From Synechococcus sp. (GTDB lineage Bacteria > Cyanobacteriota > Cyanobacteriia > PCC-6307 > Cyanobiaceae): a stretch of DNA of 64,000 bases. Shown here piece by piece: positions 39,242-49,730 of the stretch. Below the pieces are notes generated by a model, which searched no databases, had not been told where the DNA came from, and worked only from the letters and a program-made list of their open reading frames with translations. The translations under genes were made by a program, and so were the position numbers. Numbering within the stretch: the first letter of the stretch is position 1; each line of letters begins with the position of its first letter. The stretch covers positions 704,001-768,000 of the forward strand of contig JBJBCN010000002.1 of assembly GCA_047285805.1 (NCBI GenBank), read 5' to 3'.

Positions 39242-39806
39242 CACCGGCACCTGGCAGCTCCACACCGGAGCAGGCTGCCAACTCGTGATCGGGCGCTTTC
39301 CTCCCTTCGCCTACGACGCCTCCAGGGGCGGGGGGCCGGTGGTCCACGGCCCAACGGATGGACAGGGCTTGGTGTCGCTGCAGGTTCCATGTGACGGGCT
39401 CACGATTCCCCCCCTCGATGGGCAAACCGCTCGTCTGTTCGGGCTGCCTCTGCCCCCAGGGATCAGCGTCCAGATCAAGCCGGACCGGTTGGAGGGCTCC
39501 CTCAACCCCCGCAATGGGGAGCTGCAGTTGACCTTTCGCTCACGCTTTCGCTTCACCGTGGGACAGGCCAAGGCCCCCCTCTACAAAGCGTCCGATCTTG
39601 TCGTCGAAACGGCCTTGACCAGCGGGAGTGTTCAGGGCCAACGGCACCGTGGGCAGGGCCAAGCCCTCAATGGCGAAGGCCGGGGACGTCTGGTGGGGGT
39701 CGCCACGATTGCGCCCTGCCAGGACGGCTGGCTGAATGCCTTCCTCGGTCTCCCCGATGAAGCCCTGGCCGTCATGGACGTCCAACTGATCGGACCATGG
39801 TCCTGA
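39216..39806 (+). CDS. Conserved hypothetical protein
   Basis: Overlapping operonic ORF. Confidence 0.7.
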   Translation: MSASELASDTGTWQLHTGAGCQLVIGRFPPFAYDASRGGGPVVHGPTDGQGLVSLQVPCDGLTIPPLDGQTARLFGLPLPPGISVQIKPDRLEGSLNPRNGELQLTFRSRFRFTVGQAKAPLYKASDLVVETALTSGSVQGQRHRGQGQALNGEGRGRLVGVATIAPCQDGWLNAFLGLPDEALAVMDVQLIGPWS

Positions 39807-40348
39807 AATCAGAGCTCAAGGCAACCCTGCTCATCCCGGTCATCGTGCTGGGAATCGCCTGGATGCAGGAGGGGGTCGATCAGCTCCTGTTCGGGGGGCA
39901 GTGGAATCTGCCGATGGCTCCCGGGGGCCCCGCGCTGGGAATCCTGACGGCCCCGTTTAGCCACGGCGGTTGGGGGCATCTGCTGGCGAACAGCACCCTG
40001 TTTCTGCCGCTGTCCTGGATGGTTTGCTTCAAGAGTAAACGGGACTATCTCGCGATCTGGCTGGGCGTCTTCATCACCGCGATTCCCGTCTGGCTGTGGT
40101 GGCCTACAGGCAGCCACGGACTCTCGGGCGTGGTCTACGGCCTGCTCGGTTATCTCTTGCTGATTGGCTGGCTCGAGCGCCGGCCCCTCAGCCTGGTCCT
40201 CTCCCTGAGCGCCCTGCTGTTCTATGGCGGAGTCCTGCCGAGCTTGCTGCCGGTCTTCACCCCGGCAGGGGTGAGCTGGATCGGCCACGCCAGCGGCTTT
40301 GCCGGCGGCCTGCTCGCCGCTGCTGCGGTCTCACGATCACGACGATGA
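39797..40348 (+). CDS. Rhomboid family intramembrane protease
   Basis: HLLAN, GLSGVVYG, SWIGHASG. Confidence 0.88.
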   Translation: MVLKSELKATLLIPVIVLGIAWMQEGVDQLLFGGQWNLPMAPGGPALGILTAPFSHGGWGHLLANSTLFLPLSWMVCFKSKRDYLAIWLGVFITAIPVWLWWPTGSHGLSGVVYGLLGYLLLIGWLERRPLSLVLSLSALLFYGGVLPSLLPVFTPAGVSWIGHASGFAGGLLAAAAVSRSRR

Positions 40349-41439
40349 CTGGAGCTAAACGCCAACGGTCCTCGCTCAAGCCTCTGGGTCTCGCAACCCT
40401 GATGAGCGGGTTCGCCCTGGCCGCAGCAGCAGAACCTTGGGCACCGGGAATGGAGCCACCACCGGTGCTGGAAGCCGCCACTGCGAAAGAGGCCCAGGCC
40501 CTGGATGCCCTACGCGCTCCAGGCCAGCGCAAGCCCTATCTCAAAGCGGCCCACGATCTCCTGCATCGCCACTGGGGCACCCAGGTCAAGCCGCAGCTGC
40601 TCTTTACCGGAGACAATGCCAACGGCTGCGGGGTCAAGCGGGTGCAGCATCCGATGGCCTTCTATTGCCCACCCAGCAAGCAAATCGCGATGGCCCTTGA
40701 ACTGCGCAGAAGCGTCAGGGCCGCCAAAGGACTGAGTGATCGCTCCCTACTCCTGCTTGACCTTGCCGTCCTGGCCCACGAATGGGGGCATCACGTCAAT
40801 CGAGAGAAGGGGCTCGGCCCCTTCGGTGGAGGGATGGGTCTGACCGTGAAACAAGAGGAGTTGGCCGCCGACTGGCGAACGGGGGTCTTTCTCGGCTGGT
40901 TGATGCGTGTTGGCGCCCTCAAGGTTGATGACTACTCGCAGACGGCGAATCTCCTGTTTGAGATGGGTGATTACGAGCGGATCTCCCGTCAACACCACGG
41001 CTACCCGAAGGACCGCTTCCAGGCATTAACCCGCGGCTTGAGCACCCAATTGGAACCAGGGCAAACCATTGGCGAATGGACGGTCGACACCGCCGAGACT
41101 TTCAGCCGGCGCCTCCCCGAGGAACCGAGGGATGTCTTGGTCGGTACCCGCCGGTACGAGGTCCGGCGCTTTGAGATCGAACGAGGACAACAGATCGCAA
41201 CTAACCTGATCGGCGGGCTGCTTGGGGCCGCAAGTTGTGTCTGGGGAAGTCAGAACCAGTGCGTCGGGATGGCGATGCAGCAGGGGAAAGGACGGGCCTT
41301 GGGGAGTTACACCGAGCAGGATCTCACCGTCTGGTGCAACAGCAGGACCTTTGATGTCAGTGCCGATGACTTCGACCCCCAACCGGTCGAGAACGACGGC
41401 AAAGGTCAGGCGCGCATATTGGCCTCGAGGGACTGCTGA
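40345..41439 (+). CDS. Neutral zinc metallopeptidase-like secreted protein
   Basis: AFYCP, LAHEWGHH, ELAAD, HG. Confidence 0.8.
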   Translation: MTGAKRQRSSLKPLGLATLMSGFALAAAAEPWAPGMEPPPVLEAATAKEAQALDALRAPGQRKPYLKAAHDLLHRHWGTQVKPQLLFTGDNANGCGVKRVQHPMAFYCPPSKQIAMALELRRSVRAAKGLSDRSLLLLDLAVLAHEWGHHVNREKGLGPFGGGMGLTVKQEELAADWRTGVFLGWLMRVGALKVDDYSQTANLLFEMGDYERISRQHHGYPKDRFQALTRGLSTQLEPGQTIGEWTVDTAETFSRRLPEEPRDVLVGTRRYEVRRFEIERGQQIATNLIGGLLGAASCVWGSQNQCVGMAMQQGKGRALGSYTEQDLTVWCNSRTFDVSADDFDPQPVENDGKGQARILASRDC

Positions 41440-41442
41440 GGG

Positions 41443-41685
41443 TTAGCTGGAAAGCCAGACGAGCTCAAGCGCCAGCTTGTCGGCCAGAGCGAAGTCTATG
41501 GCTTGCAAATGATGGAGTGCCAAGGCCCGGTGCTGGATGGGCAGGCGTCTGAGGTCGGCAACCGCCAGCTCCAGACAGCGTTGATCGAGCTCGAGATTCA
41601 CATAGGTTGAGCAGCGAACGGATCGAACCGTGGGGCGACAGGGGCATCCAGCGCGGAAGGCCAGATCCGCAGCTAGCCCCCTCAA
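41443..41685 (-). CDS. Hypothetical protein (start uncertain)
   Basis: Helical C-terminal half; true start may be the GTG at VNLELD. Confidence 0.45.
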   Translation of the reverse strand: MRGLAADLAFRAGCPCRPTVRSVRCSTYVNLELDQRCLELAVADLRRLPIQHRALALHHLQAIDFALADKLALELVWLSS

Positions 41686-41882
41686 CCTTGCAGCGTGTTG
41701 AGCTCTTCGTCTTGGCAGTGCTGCAGCCAGGCCTGCTGCAGATCGACACGGGTGATCCGATAGCCCAAGAGACGCGCCTGGAGCAGCAGCTCGTTGTCAT
41801 CGCTGCAGCGGCGTAGGAGTCGCCGCAGGTGCGGAAGCTCTTCGGCGTCCACGACCAAGCGCTCGAGTTCGTTCCAGCTCAT
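41682..41882 (-). CDS. Nif11-like leader peptide family protein
   Basis: MSWNELERLV..L..ARLLGYRIT..DL. Confidence 0.75.
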   Translation of the reverse strand: MSWNELERLVVDAEELPHLRRLLRRCSDDNELLLQARLLGYRITRVDLQQAWLQHCQDEELNTLQG

Positions 41883-42125
41883 AACGCTTTACCGGGTTCC
41901 AAACCATCGCAAAGCCAAAGAAGAGAAGCCAGGGCTTGGCGACGAGTCTCGCGAGCCTCCTGAGGCTCAACCGCGTGACCTCTGTCGGTGGAGGACCTTT
42001 GCCAGCCAGGGCGGCCACGCCCCTGTTGGGGACATGAGACTGCCGCTCGTTTGCAACGAGCTGTGTCATGCCCTTTCCCTGGAAGCCACTGATCCTTTAA
42101 CAACGTCTCAAGCCGCCAGCGGGCG

Positions 42126-43601
42126 ATGGGCTTCTTCGTTCAACTCACTGAAGCCATCGCAGAGCGCAAGTCCCTGCTGATGACGGGACTGGACCCCAAC
42201 CCGGAGATGCTGCAGAGCTGGGCTCAGCGCCGCGGGATGGGCAACCGTTCGTTCCTGAGCCAGGCCCGCCATTGGATCAAGGCCGTCGTCGAGGAAACCA
42301 GTCCCCACGTCTGCGCCATCAAAGCAAGCCTTGGCTTCTATCAAGCCCTCGGCCCTCTGGGGCTGGAGCTGCTGCTGGAGGTGCGGGATTTGGTGCCTCG
42401 GGATCTCCCTCTAATCATTGATGCCAAGCACGGTGATCTGAATTCCTCCACGGCCCTGGCCCACTACCTGTTCAAGGACCTCTGTGTCGATGCGGTCACC
42501 CTCTCGCCGATGGCGGGGCAGGACATTGCCGCCCCATTCTTGCTCTATCGGGATAAGGCCGTGGTGATCACCTGCCGGAGCTCCAACCCGGCGGCGAAAC
42601 GCATCCAGTACCACCCAAACGCGAACGACCCGCTGTTTCTGCAGATCGTTCGCGAGAGTCAACTCTGGGGTACTCCGGATCAGGTCTTGCTCGAGGTAGG
42701 CACCAGCGACCCCAAGGTGCTCTCCCAGGTCAGGCAGGCTGCACCCGAGCGGGTCTTGATGCTCCGCTCGATTTGGAGCGAAGAAGAGCGGGTGGACGGG
42801 CTATTGGAAGCCGGCCTCAGCCATTCGGCAGACGGGCTCCTGATCCCAATGCCCCAGAACCTGCTGGTTGAAGACGATCTCGCCGAGCAAGCCTCCGCAT
42901 TGAAGGAACGCATCAACCGCAGAAGGACAAGCTGGATGGAGCAGCACCGCTCCGATCAAGCCGAGACCTGTGAGCTGTGGTTGGCCGATCAAACGGACAG
43001 CCCGAGCTCGGCGGATCCAATGGCATCCCTGATCGTTGAACTCTTCGACATCGGTTGCCTGCTTCTTGGCGAATACGTCCAAGCGTCGGGAGCCGTTTTC
43101 AATTACTACATCGACCTGCGGCAGATCATCTCGGATCCCAACCTCTTCCACAGGGTCCTGCATGGCTACGCCCAAAGCATGGAGGGGCTGGAGTTTGACC
43201 GGATCGCGGGCATTCCCTACGGAGCCCTACCGACGGCGACCGGTCTGGCCCTGCAACTGCACAAACCACTGATCTACCCCCGCAAGGAAGTCAAAGCCCA
43301 CGGGGCCCGTCGCCTAATCGAAGGCGACTTCCTGGAGGGTGACCGTGTCGTCGTCGTCGATGACATCTTGATCAGCGGCAGCAGCGTGCTCGAGGGAATC
43401 GCCAAGCTCGAGGGTTCTGGCTTAGAGGTCAACGACGTCGTCGTCTTCATCGATCACGGCGGCAACCGCGACCAAAGTGCGCGGGAGCGGCTCAAGGCCA
43501 AGGGCTACGACTTCCACGCCGTGATGGACATCGAACAGATCACAAAGGCACTGCTGGCTGCGGGACGACTCACGCCTGAGCAAGCCAAGGTGTTGGGATA
43601 G
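42126..43601 (+). CDS. pyrFE: Bifunctional OMP decarboxylase / orotate phosphoribosyltransferase
   Basis: GLDP, DAKHGD; YYIDLR, RKEVKAHG, VVDDIL. Confidence 0.9.
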   Translation: MGFFVQLTEAIAERKSLLMTGLDPNPEMLQSWAQRRGMGNRSFLSQARHWIKAVVEETSPHVCAIKASLGFYQALGPLGLELLLEVRDLVPRDLPLIIDAKHGDLNSSTALAHYLFKDLCVDAVTLSPMAGQDIAAPFLLYRDKAVVITCRSSNPAAKRIQYHPNANDPLFLQIVRESQLWGTPDQVLLEVGTSDPKVLSQVRQAAPERVLMLRSIWSEEERVDGLLEAGLSHSADGLLIPMPQNLLVEDDLAEQASALKERINRRRTSWMEQHRSDQAETCELWLADQTDSPSSADPMASLIVELFDIGCLLLGEYVQASGAVFNYYIDLRQIISDPNLFHRVLHGYAQSMEGLEFDRIAGIPYGALPTATGLALQLHKPLIYPRKEVKAHGARRLIEGDFLEGDRVVVVDDILISGSSVLEGIAKLEGSGLEVNDVVVFIDHGGNRDQSARERLKAKGYDFHAVMDIEQITKALLAAGRLTPEQAKVLG

Positions 43602-43609
43602 GTTCAGTC

Positions 43610-43942
43610 GTGACGACTTCGGTGGGCAAGCTCCTGAGCACGGCCCTTGGGCTCATCGCTCTCGGCGTCCTGATGGTGAGCTGCGCTCCAGCCAACAGAC
43701 CGAGCCGTCCCAATGGAGAGCCCTCACCGGCCGAAGCCAACGCGCTCAACGAGGAACGGCTGAAGAAGGCGCACCAACTTCAGGCCTTGAGCGCGGACGC
43801 TGAAGATCTGTTCAACCGCGGTGAAAACGACCTGGCCTGTAATCGCGTCCGCCAGGCTCAGGAGCTCCAGACGGAGCTCGGCATTGAGCCCACCGATCAA
43901 GGTCTCGAACAAGCCCAGGCCTGCATCAGCGACGCACCTTGA
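43610..43942 (+). CDS. Hypothetical lipoprotein
   Basis: Signal peptide with MVSC lipobox. Confidence 0.65.
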   Translation: MTTSVGKLLSTALGLIALGVLMVSCAPANRPSRPNGEPSPAEANALNEERLKKAHQLQALSADAEDLFNRGENDLACNRVRQAQELQTELGIEPTDQGLEQAQACISDAP

Positions 43943-44943
43943 GCTCTCAGTCAACACCGATCGTCCTGGCCCAGGGCCTCAGCAAGACCTATCGGATAGC
44001 TGAAAAACAACCAGGGCTCAAGGGCACGTTACGGCATCTACTACACAGGCGCTACTGCGATCTGGAGGCGGTGAAAGGGATCCACTTCGCCATCGAAGAG
44101 GGGGAGATGGTCGGCTTCCTTGGGCCAAACGGCGCCGGGAAAACAACCACCTTGAAAATGCTGAGCGGGCTGATTCACCCGAGCGGCGGTGAGCTCTTGG
44201 TGGTCGGGGCCAAGCCCCAACGCCGTCAAGCAAGGTTCCTGCAGGACATCACCCTGGTGATGGGGAACAAGCAGCAGTTGATTTGGGACCTGCCGCCGTG
44301 GGACTCCATCCGTGTGAACGCCGCGGTCTACGGCATTCCCGAGGGAGTCATGAGGCGTCGGGTTAGCGAGCTAGCTGACCTCTTGGAACTCGGCGAAGAG
44401 CTGCATCGCCCGGTCCGCAAGCTTTCACTGGGCCAACGTATGAAAGCGGAACTGCTGACGTCCTTGCTGCACGAGCCGCGCGTGCTGTTTTTGGACGAGC
44501 CAACCCTGGGCCTCGATGTCACCGCCCAAGGACGGGTTCGCGATTTCCTCGCCGCCTACAACCGGCGCACAGGAGCGACGATCCTGCTTACTAGTCACTA
44601 CATGGCCGACATCACGACCCTCTGTGAACGCGTCCTGCTGATCCACGAGGGTGAACTGTTTCATGACGGTCCCCTTGGTGTGCTCACCAACCGATTGGCG
44701 CCCCACCGAAAGGTACGACTCGAACTCCAGCAGGCTCAGCCGCGGGAGGTCTTTGAGGCGTTCGGCAGCGTTGAATCCCTTCAGGAGCATCAGGTGCAAC
44801 TGCGGGTGCCCAGGGAGAAGCTAACCGAGACGGTCGCAGGGTTACTGGGGCACTTTGAGGTGTTGGATCTGGAGGTCAGCGACCCACCGATCGAGGACCT
44901 GATGCGGAGCCTCTTTCAGCAGGCGGGACAGAGCGAAGCGTGA
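43939..44943 (+). CDS. ABC exporter ATP-binding protein
   Basis: GPNGAGKTT, LSLGQRMKAEL, LDEPT. Confidence 0.9.
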   Translation: MSSQSTPIVLAQGLSKTYRIAEKQPGLKGTLRHLLHRRYCDLEAVKGIHFAIEEGEMVGFLGPNGAGKTTTLKMLSGLIHPSGGELLVVGAKPQRRQARFLQDITLVMGNKQQLIWDLPPWDSIRVNAAVYGIPEGVMRRRVSELADLLELGEELHRPVRKLSLGQRMKAELLTSLLHEPRVLFLDEPTLGLDVTAQGRVRDFLAAYNRRTGATILLTSHYMADITTLCERVLLIHEGELFHDGPLGVLTNRLAPHRKVRLELQQAQPREVFEAFGSVESLQEHQVQLRVPREKLTETVAGLLGHFEVLDLEVSDPPIEDLMRSLFQQAGQSEA

Positions 44944-45737
44944 CCTCGGCCCGTACTGCAATTCGGATCGCCAGAACCCTGCTGAGTACGCAGTACGCGT
45001 ACATGCTCGAATACCGCGCAGAAATTGCCCTTTGGGTCCTCTCCGGTGTCTTGCCCCTGATCATGCTTGGGGTCTGGCAAAACAGTGGGGCCGCCAGCCA
45101 GGCTGGATGGAGCCCTGGGCAACTGCGTCACTACTTTGTGGCGGCCTTTCTGGTGCGGCAATTCAGCGTGGTCTGGTTGATCCACGTCTTCGAAGAGGAC
45201 GTGGTCAGCGGCAAGCTGTCGCCGTTCCTGCTCCAACCGCTCCAACCCCTATGGCGTTACTTTGCGGCACACCTCGCTGAACAGGCCACCCGCATTCCTT
45301 TCGTCGCCCTGATGCTGCTGACGTTGGCCTGTGTGAACCCGGCTCTACTCTTGATTCCCAGTCTCCAGAACCTGGCCCTGGGGATTGCCGCGATTTGGGG
45401 CGCTTTTCTGCTCCGCTTTCTGCTGCAGACCCTCAGCAGCATGCTGTGTTTTTGGAGTGAGCGCGCCGCGGCGCTGGATCGACTCCTGGTGATCCCATAT
45501 GTGTTTCTCTCTGGTCTAGTGGCCCCGCTGGACACCTTCCCGCCGGCAATCAGAACCATCGCTCTGGCCACGCCATTTCCGGCCATGGTGGATTTCCCTG
45601 CCCGGCTCTTGGGGGGATTGCCCGTTAATCTAGGCGCTGGTTTCCTCAGCCTGATGGTCTGGTGTGGGCTGCTGAGCCCCCTCTGCTGGCTGAGCTGGCG
45701 ACGCGGAGTCCGGCGCTACGGCGCGATGGGGGCATGA
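44940..45737 (+). CDS. ABC-2 family permease
   Basis: MLEYRAE, LLQP; six TM helices. Confidence 0.85.
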   Translation: MTSARTAIRIARTLLSTQYAYMLEYRAEIALWVLSGVLPLIMLGVWQNSGAASQAGWSPGQLRHYFVAAFLVRQFSVVWLIHVFEEDVVSGKLSPFLLQPLQPLWRYFAAHLAEQATRIPFVALMLLTLACVNPALLLIPSLQNLALGIAAIWGAFLLRFLLQTLSSMLCFWSERAAALDRLLVIPYVFLSGLVAPLDTFPPAIRTIALATPFPAMVDFPARLLGGLPVNLGAGFLSLMVWCGLLSPLCWLSWRRGVRRYGAMGA

Positions 45738-46528
45738 GGCTCTCTCGCACCCTCAGCACCGTGCTGCAGTTCTGGCGCAGCTCCCTCGAGTCGGAAAGCG
45801 AATATCAGCTCAACTTGGTGCTGGAGTGCTTGGCCGTCAGCGGAAATCTGGCGGGAAGTCTCTTTGTTCTCGCGTTGCTGTTTAGCGGGCAATCCAACCT
45901 TGGGGGATGGAGCTGGAATGAAGCCCTGATCGTCCTCGGGCTGTACACCCTCCTGGATGGGTTCACGAGCTGCCTGCTGCAGCCCAACCTCAGCAAGATC
46001 GTCAACCACGTCCAGCAGGGCACCCTGGATTTCGTGCTGCTGAAACCGTTGGACAGCCAGCTCTGGCTCTCCCTGCGCTGTTTTTCGCCCTGGGGGATCC
46101 CCGCCCTGCTGGCCGGCGTTGTTTTGGTGGGCTTGGGTCTACAGCGCACTGGTACGGCCATACAAGGGGATGCGTTGGCCTTGGGGGCCGTCCTGTTGTT
46201 CAGCGGCGCCGCGATCCTCTACAGCCTCTGGTTCTTGCTGGCGGCCCTCTCGATTTGGTTCGTGAAGGTCTGGAATGCAACGGAGGTGCTCCGCTACACC
46301 CTTGTGGCAGGGCGCTATCCGGTGAGCGCCTACCCGCCAGCCCTACGGCTGGTGTTCGTCTTTGTTCTGCCGGTGGCGTTCATGACCACCATTCCGTCCC
46401 AGGCACTGCTGGGTCAAGGCTCCTGGCCATGGGCCGCGGGCTCCTTGCTGATGGCAGCCGGGAGCCTGCTGGCGAGCCGCTGGTTCTGGCGCTTTGCCCT
46501 GCGGCACTACACATCGGCGAGCAGCTAG
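45734..46528 (+). CDS. ABC-2 family permease
   Basis: GTLDFVLLKPLDSQ, GRYP, YTSASS. Confidence 0.85.
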   Translation: MRLSRTLSTVLQFWRSSLESESEYQLNLVLECLAVSGNLAGSLFVLALLFSGQSNLGGWSWNEALIVLGLYTLLDGFTSCLLQPNLSKIVNHVQQGTLDFVLLKPLDSQLWLSLRCFSPWGIPALLAGVVLVGLGLQRTGTAIQGDALALGAVLLFSGAAILYSLWFLLAALSIWFVKVWNATEVLRYTLVAGRYPVSAYPPALRLVFVFVLPVAFMTTIPSQALLGQGSWPWAAGSLLMAAGSLLASRWFWRFALRHYTSASS

Positions 46529-46592
46529 GTGCGCCACAACTTGCAACATCTACACAGGTTGGGTAGGCTTAAGCGTAGGGTCTAGGCGAAGA

Positions 46593-46841
46593 TTGGCCAG
46601 CGAACGCCACCAGGTCATCCTCAGCGAAAGCGCGGCGGACTGGGTGCGCGAGTTCTCCAAGGAGAAGCGGCACTCCATCTCCAAAGCGATCTCCATCCTT
46701 GTTGAGGAGGCGATTCAGCAACGCAGCATTCCAAGAATGGCAGCCGCAGCCGAGGGGGCATCTCAGGCCGATTTTTCCCTGTTTCTTCGCGAGAAGTTCT
46801 CCATGGACTTCGAGATCTGGCTGCGCTGCAAGCGCGGGTAG
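46593..46841 (+). CDS. Ribbon-helix-helix-like small protein
   Basis: RHQVILSE..SISKAISILVEEAI; TTG start inferred. Confidence 0.55.
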   Translation: MASERHQVILSESAADWVREFSKEKRHSISKAISILVEEAIQQRSIPRMAAAAEGASQADFSLFLREKFSMDFEIWLRCKRG

Positions 46842-46864
46842 GACCTACACGGACATTCGATTCC

Positions 46865-47278
46865 ATGACTCCCTCCTTCTGCTCTGACGTCAGCCTGGAG
46901 ACCTGCATCCAGCTCAGGCTATGGCTTAATCAACGCTTCGGGCCAACCCACGGCCAGGACAGTCCCCCCAGTGATCGGCTCGGGATCCAGGCCGGCCGGC
47001 TGGTGGCTCACGACCTGGTCGCCACGACCGAACGAGACCAGGTGATGGTCGACGTCTTCGCAGCAATACATAGCTGTATCGACGACTGGCTGGAGACGTC
47101 TCCAGTGCCATGGTCCCAGCGCCGCCTGATCAAGCGTCGTGCTGTCCGAGCCGGAGTGATCCAGTGCTGGCGCAGCGCCGCTGAGCTCCGGCCCGATGAC
47201 CCCAGCTACCAGGACTTGATGGAGCGGACCTGCGAGGCTGTCATCGCGGCCGAGCTGGGTGAAGAGCCGGAGCGCTAG
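46865..47278 (+). CDS. Hypothetical protein
   Basis: 137-aa ORF filling the gap. Confidence 0.55.
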   Translation: MTPSFCSDVSLETCIQLRLWLNQRFGPTHGQDSPPSDRLGIQAGRLVAHDLVATTERDQVMVDVFAAIHSCIDDWLETSPVPWSQRRLIKRRAVRAGVIQCWRSAAELRPDDPSYQDLMERTCEAVIAAELGEEPER

Positions 47279-47751
47279 CCCACAAAGCGCTTGTAGAGGA
47301 AGCGCACAAAGCCACCAATCAGGGGAACCGGAGCAAAGGTCGGACCGACGAAATCGAAATAATCACGGTGATCAACGATCAAGCCGTCACCATTCAGGAG
47401 CAGACGCGTCGCGCCGGGATAGACGAACTCGATGCCCTTGATCTTGAGCCCCATCGTCCATTCCACGAAGGCGGTTTGGCCGTTGATGACGACGGCATGG
47501 GGAGCCAGGTAGATGTCATCGCATCGCTTCACCAGACCGTCTTGGGCCTCGAGATAGGCCTGGAGACCATCGCGCGATTGGGTCGGATCCTCAAAATGAA
47601 CATGGGCTGCGTAGACCGCCTTCGACTGCTCATGGCTGGGGGCCGGTGCGCCGTAGGGCTTCGTGAAGAGGTCTCGCAGGGACTGCTCCGTTAATGGCAG
47701 CTGGAATCCGGAGGCGGAGGCAGTCACAACGCGAGTCTCAGGCCCAGTCAT
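47275..47751 (-). CDS. SnoaL/NTF2-like protein
   Basis: VHFEDP, IVDHRDYFD. Confidence 0.85.
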   Translation of the reverse strand: MTGPETRVVTASASGFQLPLTEQSLRDLFTKPYGAPAPSHEQSKAVYAAHVHFEDPTQSRDGLQAYLEAQDGLVKRCDDIYLAPHAVVINGQTAFVEWTMGLKIKGIEFVYPGATRLLLNGDGLIVDHRDYFDFVGPTFAPVPLIGGFVRFLYKRFVG

Positions 47752-48662
47752 CCTGGCGTCCGGGGTGGTGCGCTGCGTGGGTTCAACTGCAGATACCGCT
47801 CAACGGGCATGGGTTGGAGTTGCTCATAGCCAACGGGAAGCCAAAGATCTGCCTGCTGGGCGTTGTAGTGAATTTCCCAGTGGTACAAACCGACGATCGC
47901 CTGGGGATCGTCCTTGAGCAGGGAGGCATAGAGCAGCACCGCCTCGCCATAGAGGTCACTGTTGTTGTACCCCCAGAGGCCCCGGCGAATGCTCTTGAGA
48001 CCGCCCCGGCGAACCAGATAGCGGGCCGCGGCTTGGATGGCGTCATGGGGATTGCGAATGTCGCCCTTGCCGATCCCCGCCTCAGCCCAGGTGGTCGGCA
48101 AAAACTGCATTGGGCCTTGGGCATTGGCTACCGAGACGCCATCAATGCGACCCATCCCGGTTTCAACCAGGTTCACCGCCGCCAACACCTCCCAGTCAAT
48201 GCCCGTGGACGCCTCCGCTTTGCGGTAGTGGGAGAGAAGCTGGGGAAGCGGTTCAGGCTGAACAATCCGCCAGGCAGGGACCCGCGAGGGGCGGCGCTTG
48301 CTCATGGCGAGAAAGGCCCGCCTCGCTGCTAGATGCCGCTCCGCGACGGAACGCCAACGGGAGGGGAGCTGTTGGATCACCGCTGCGCTGCGCTGCCGAT
48401 CAGAGGACAACACCCGATAGATCACCTGCTGCTGATGACCCAAATCCGGTAAGTCAGCCGCCGGTGTCTCGGGATCCCGCAACAACGTCTCCAGCTCAGT
48501 CAAGCGACGAGCGATGGCGCTCGCATCCGCAGGGACCACCGGATAACTGCGCGGCGCGGACTGCGCAAGCGGTGCAGTTAGGGGGGAGCAGGCCACGCCA
48601 CCAGCAGCGACGCTAAATCCAGCCAAGGCAACAGCAAGAACCAGGCCGGCAGATCGCATCAC
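47748..48662 (-). CDS. Lytic transglycosylase (SLT domain)
   Basis: AVNLVET, AQGPMQFLPTTW, AAARYL, YN. Confidence 0.88.
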   Translation of the reverse strand: MMRSAGLVLAVALAGFSVAAGGVACSPLTAPLAQSAPRSYPVVPADASAIARRLTELETLLRDPETPAADLPDLGHQQQVIYRVLSSDRQRSAAVIQQLPSRWRSVAERHLAARRAFLAMSKRRPSRVPAWRIVQPEPLPQLLSHYRKAEASTGIDWEVLAAVNLVETGMGRIDGVSVANAQGPMQFLPTTWAEAGIGKGDIRNPHDAIQAAARYLVRRGGLKSIRRGLWGYNNSDLYGEAVLLYASLLKDDPQAIVGLYHWEIHYNAQQADLWLPVGYEQLQPMPVERYLQLNPRSAPPRTPG

Positions 48663-48737
48663 GGATACAAGTCAGCTCCGCCCATCCATACAGCATTCGG
48701 ACTCAGGTTGCAGACTGCACGGATCGATCAACGAGCC

Positions 48738-49388
48738 ATGACAGTTCTCGTGCTGGAAGAGTCCCAGAGACGCAAGTGGGATGGTTCAGACGATGTCCTC
48801 TTCTATGCCGAACCGCGGCTGGTTCATCACCTCGATCAGGCCTTTCGGACACGACTGACCGGCCTGTACGCCGAGCGCGTCCCGAAGAATGCCGTCGTCC
48901 TCGATCTGATGTCCAGCTGGGTCTCCCACCTCCCAGAGGACAAGCCCCTCGAGCGCGTTATCGGCCACGGCCTTAACGAGAAAGAGCTCGCAACCAACCC
49001 CCGCCTCGATAGCTACTGGCTGCAGAATCTCAACCAAAACCAAGAGCTGCCGCTGCCGGACGCAAGCATTGACGTCACCTTAGTCGTGGCCGGCTGGCAG
49101 TACCTCCAATATCCCGAAGCCATCGCCAGCGAGCTCCTCCGGGTGACCCGACCCGGCGGCCAGGTGATAGTGGCGTTCTCCAACCGGATGTTCTTCACCA
49201 AGGCTCCGCTGATCTGGACGGACAGCAGCGACCAAGGCCACCTGGAATATGTCGCCAGTGTTCTTGAGGCCCAAGGCTGGTCGACAGCGGAGCGAATCGC
49301 TCACACGACTAAAGCATCTGGGGTGATGGGGCTACTCGGTCAAGCCGGCGACCCCTTCTTTGCCGTCATCAGCATGAAGCCGACCTAA
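48738..49388 (+). CDS. SAM-dependent methyltransferase
   Basis: LDLMSSWVSHLP, FSNRMF. Confidence 0.85.
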   Translation: MTVLVLEESQRRKWDGSDDVLFYAEPRLVHHLDQAFRTRLTGLYAERVPKNAVVLDLMSSWVSHLPEDKPLERVIGHGLNEKELATNPRLDSYWLQNLNQNQELPLPDASIDVTLVVAGWQYLQYPEAIASELLRVTRPGGQVIVAFSNRMFFTKAPLIWTDSSDQGHLEYVASVLEAQGWSTAERIAHTTKASGVMGLLGQAGDPFFAVISMKPT

Positions 49389-49582
49389 GCGACCAGATCC
49401 CGGTCGCGGTCACCTCGAAGGGGCTGAGCGGCTCGCTTAGCAGCGGTGTACGCCAGTTCCAGAACGAGTCGCTTGGCCTTCAGGCGCAGGCGGTGCCTAT
49501 GGCTGATGAACGCCCGCAGCATCTGAAGTCCAACGACTCCATAGAGCGAAAGCAGCGCAGCGTTGGCAACGGCAGCAAGCAT
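49385..49582 (-). CDS. Small membrane hypothetical protein
   Basis: TM segment plus basic tail. Confidence 0.45.
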   Translation of the reverse strand: MLAAVANAALLSLYGVVGLQMLRAFISHRHRLRLKAKRLVLELAYTAAKRAAQPLRGDRDRDLVA

Positions 49583-49730
49583 GCGGCAGTCCCAAAGTTG
49601 GGTCCATGAGAACCGCCCCCAGGCGTTCGAGCCAGCAATCCGCCAAAAACTTCCTGATTTGGCTCTGCAAAGTTGTTGCCCGGAGCACCCGGGCGTTCAC
49701 GTAGGTTAAAGGCCGGTACAGGGCCTTCAG

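Noticed and set aside
41620..41629. GGTTCGATCC on the minus strand, resembling a tRNA T-loop
   Set aside because: No acceptor, D or anticodon arms can be built around it
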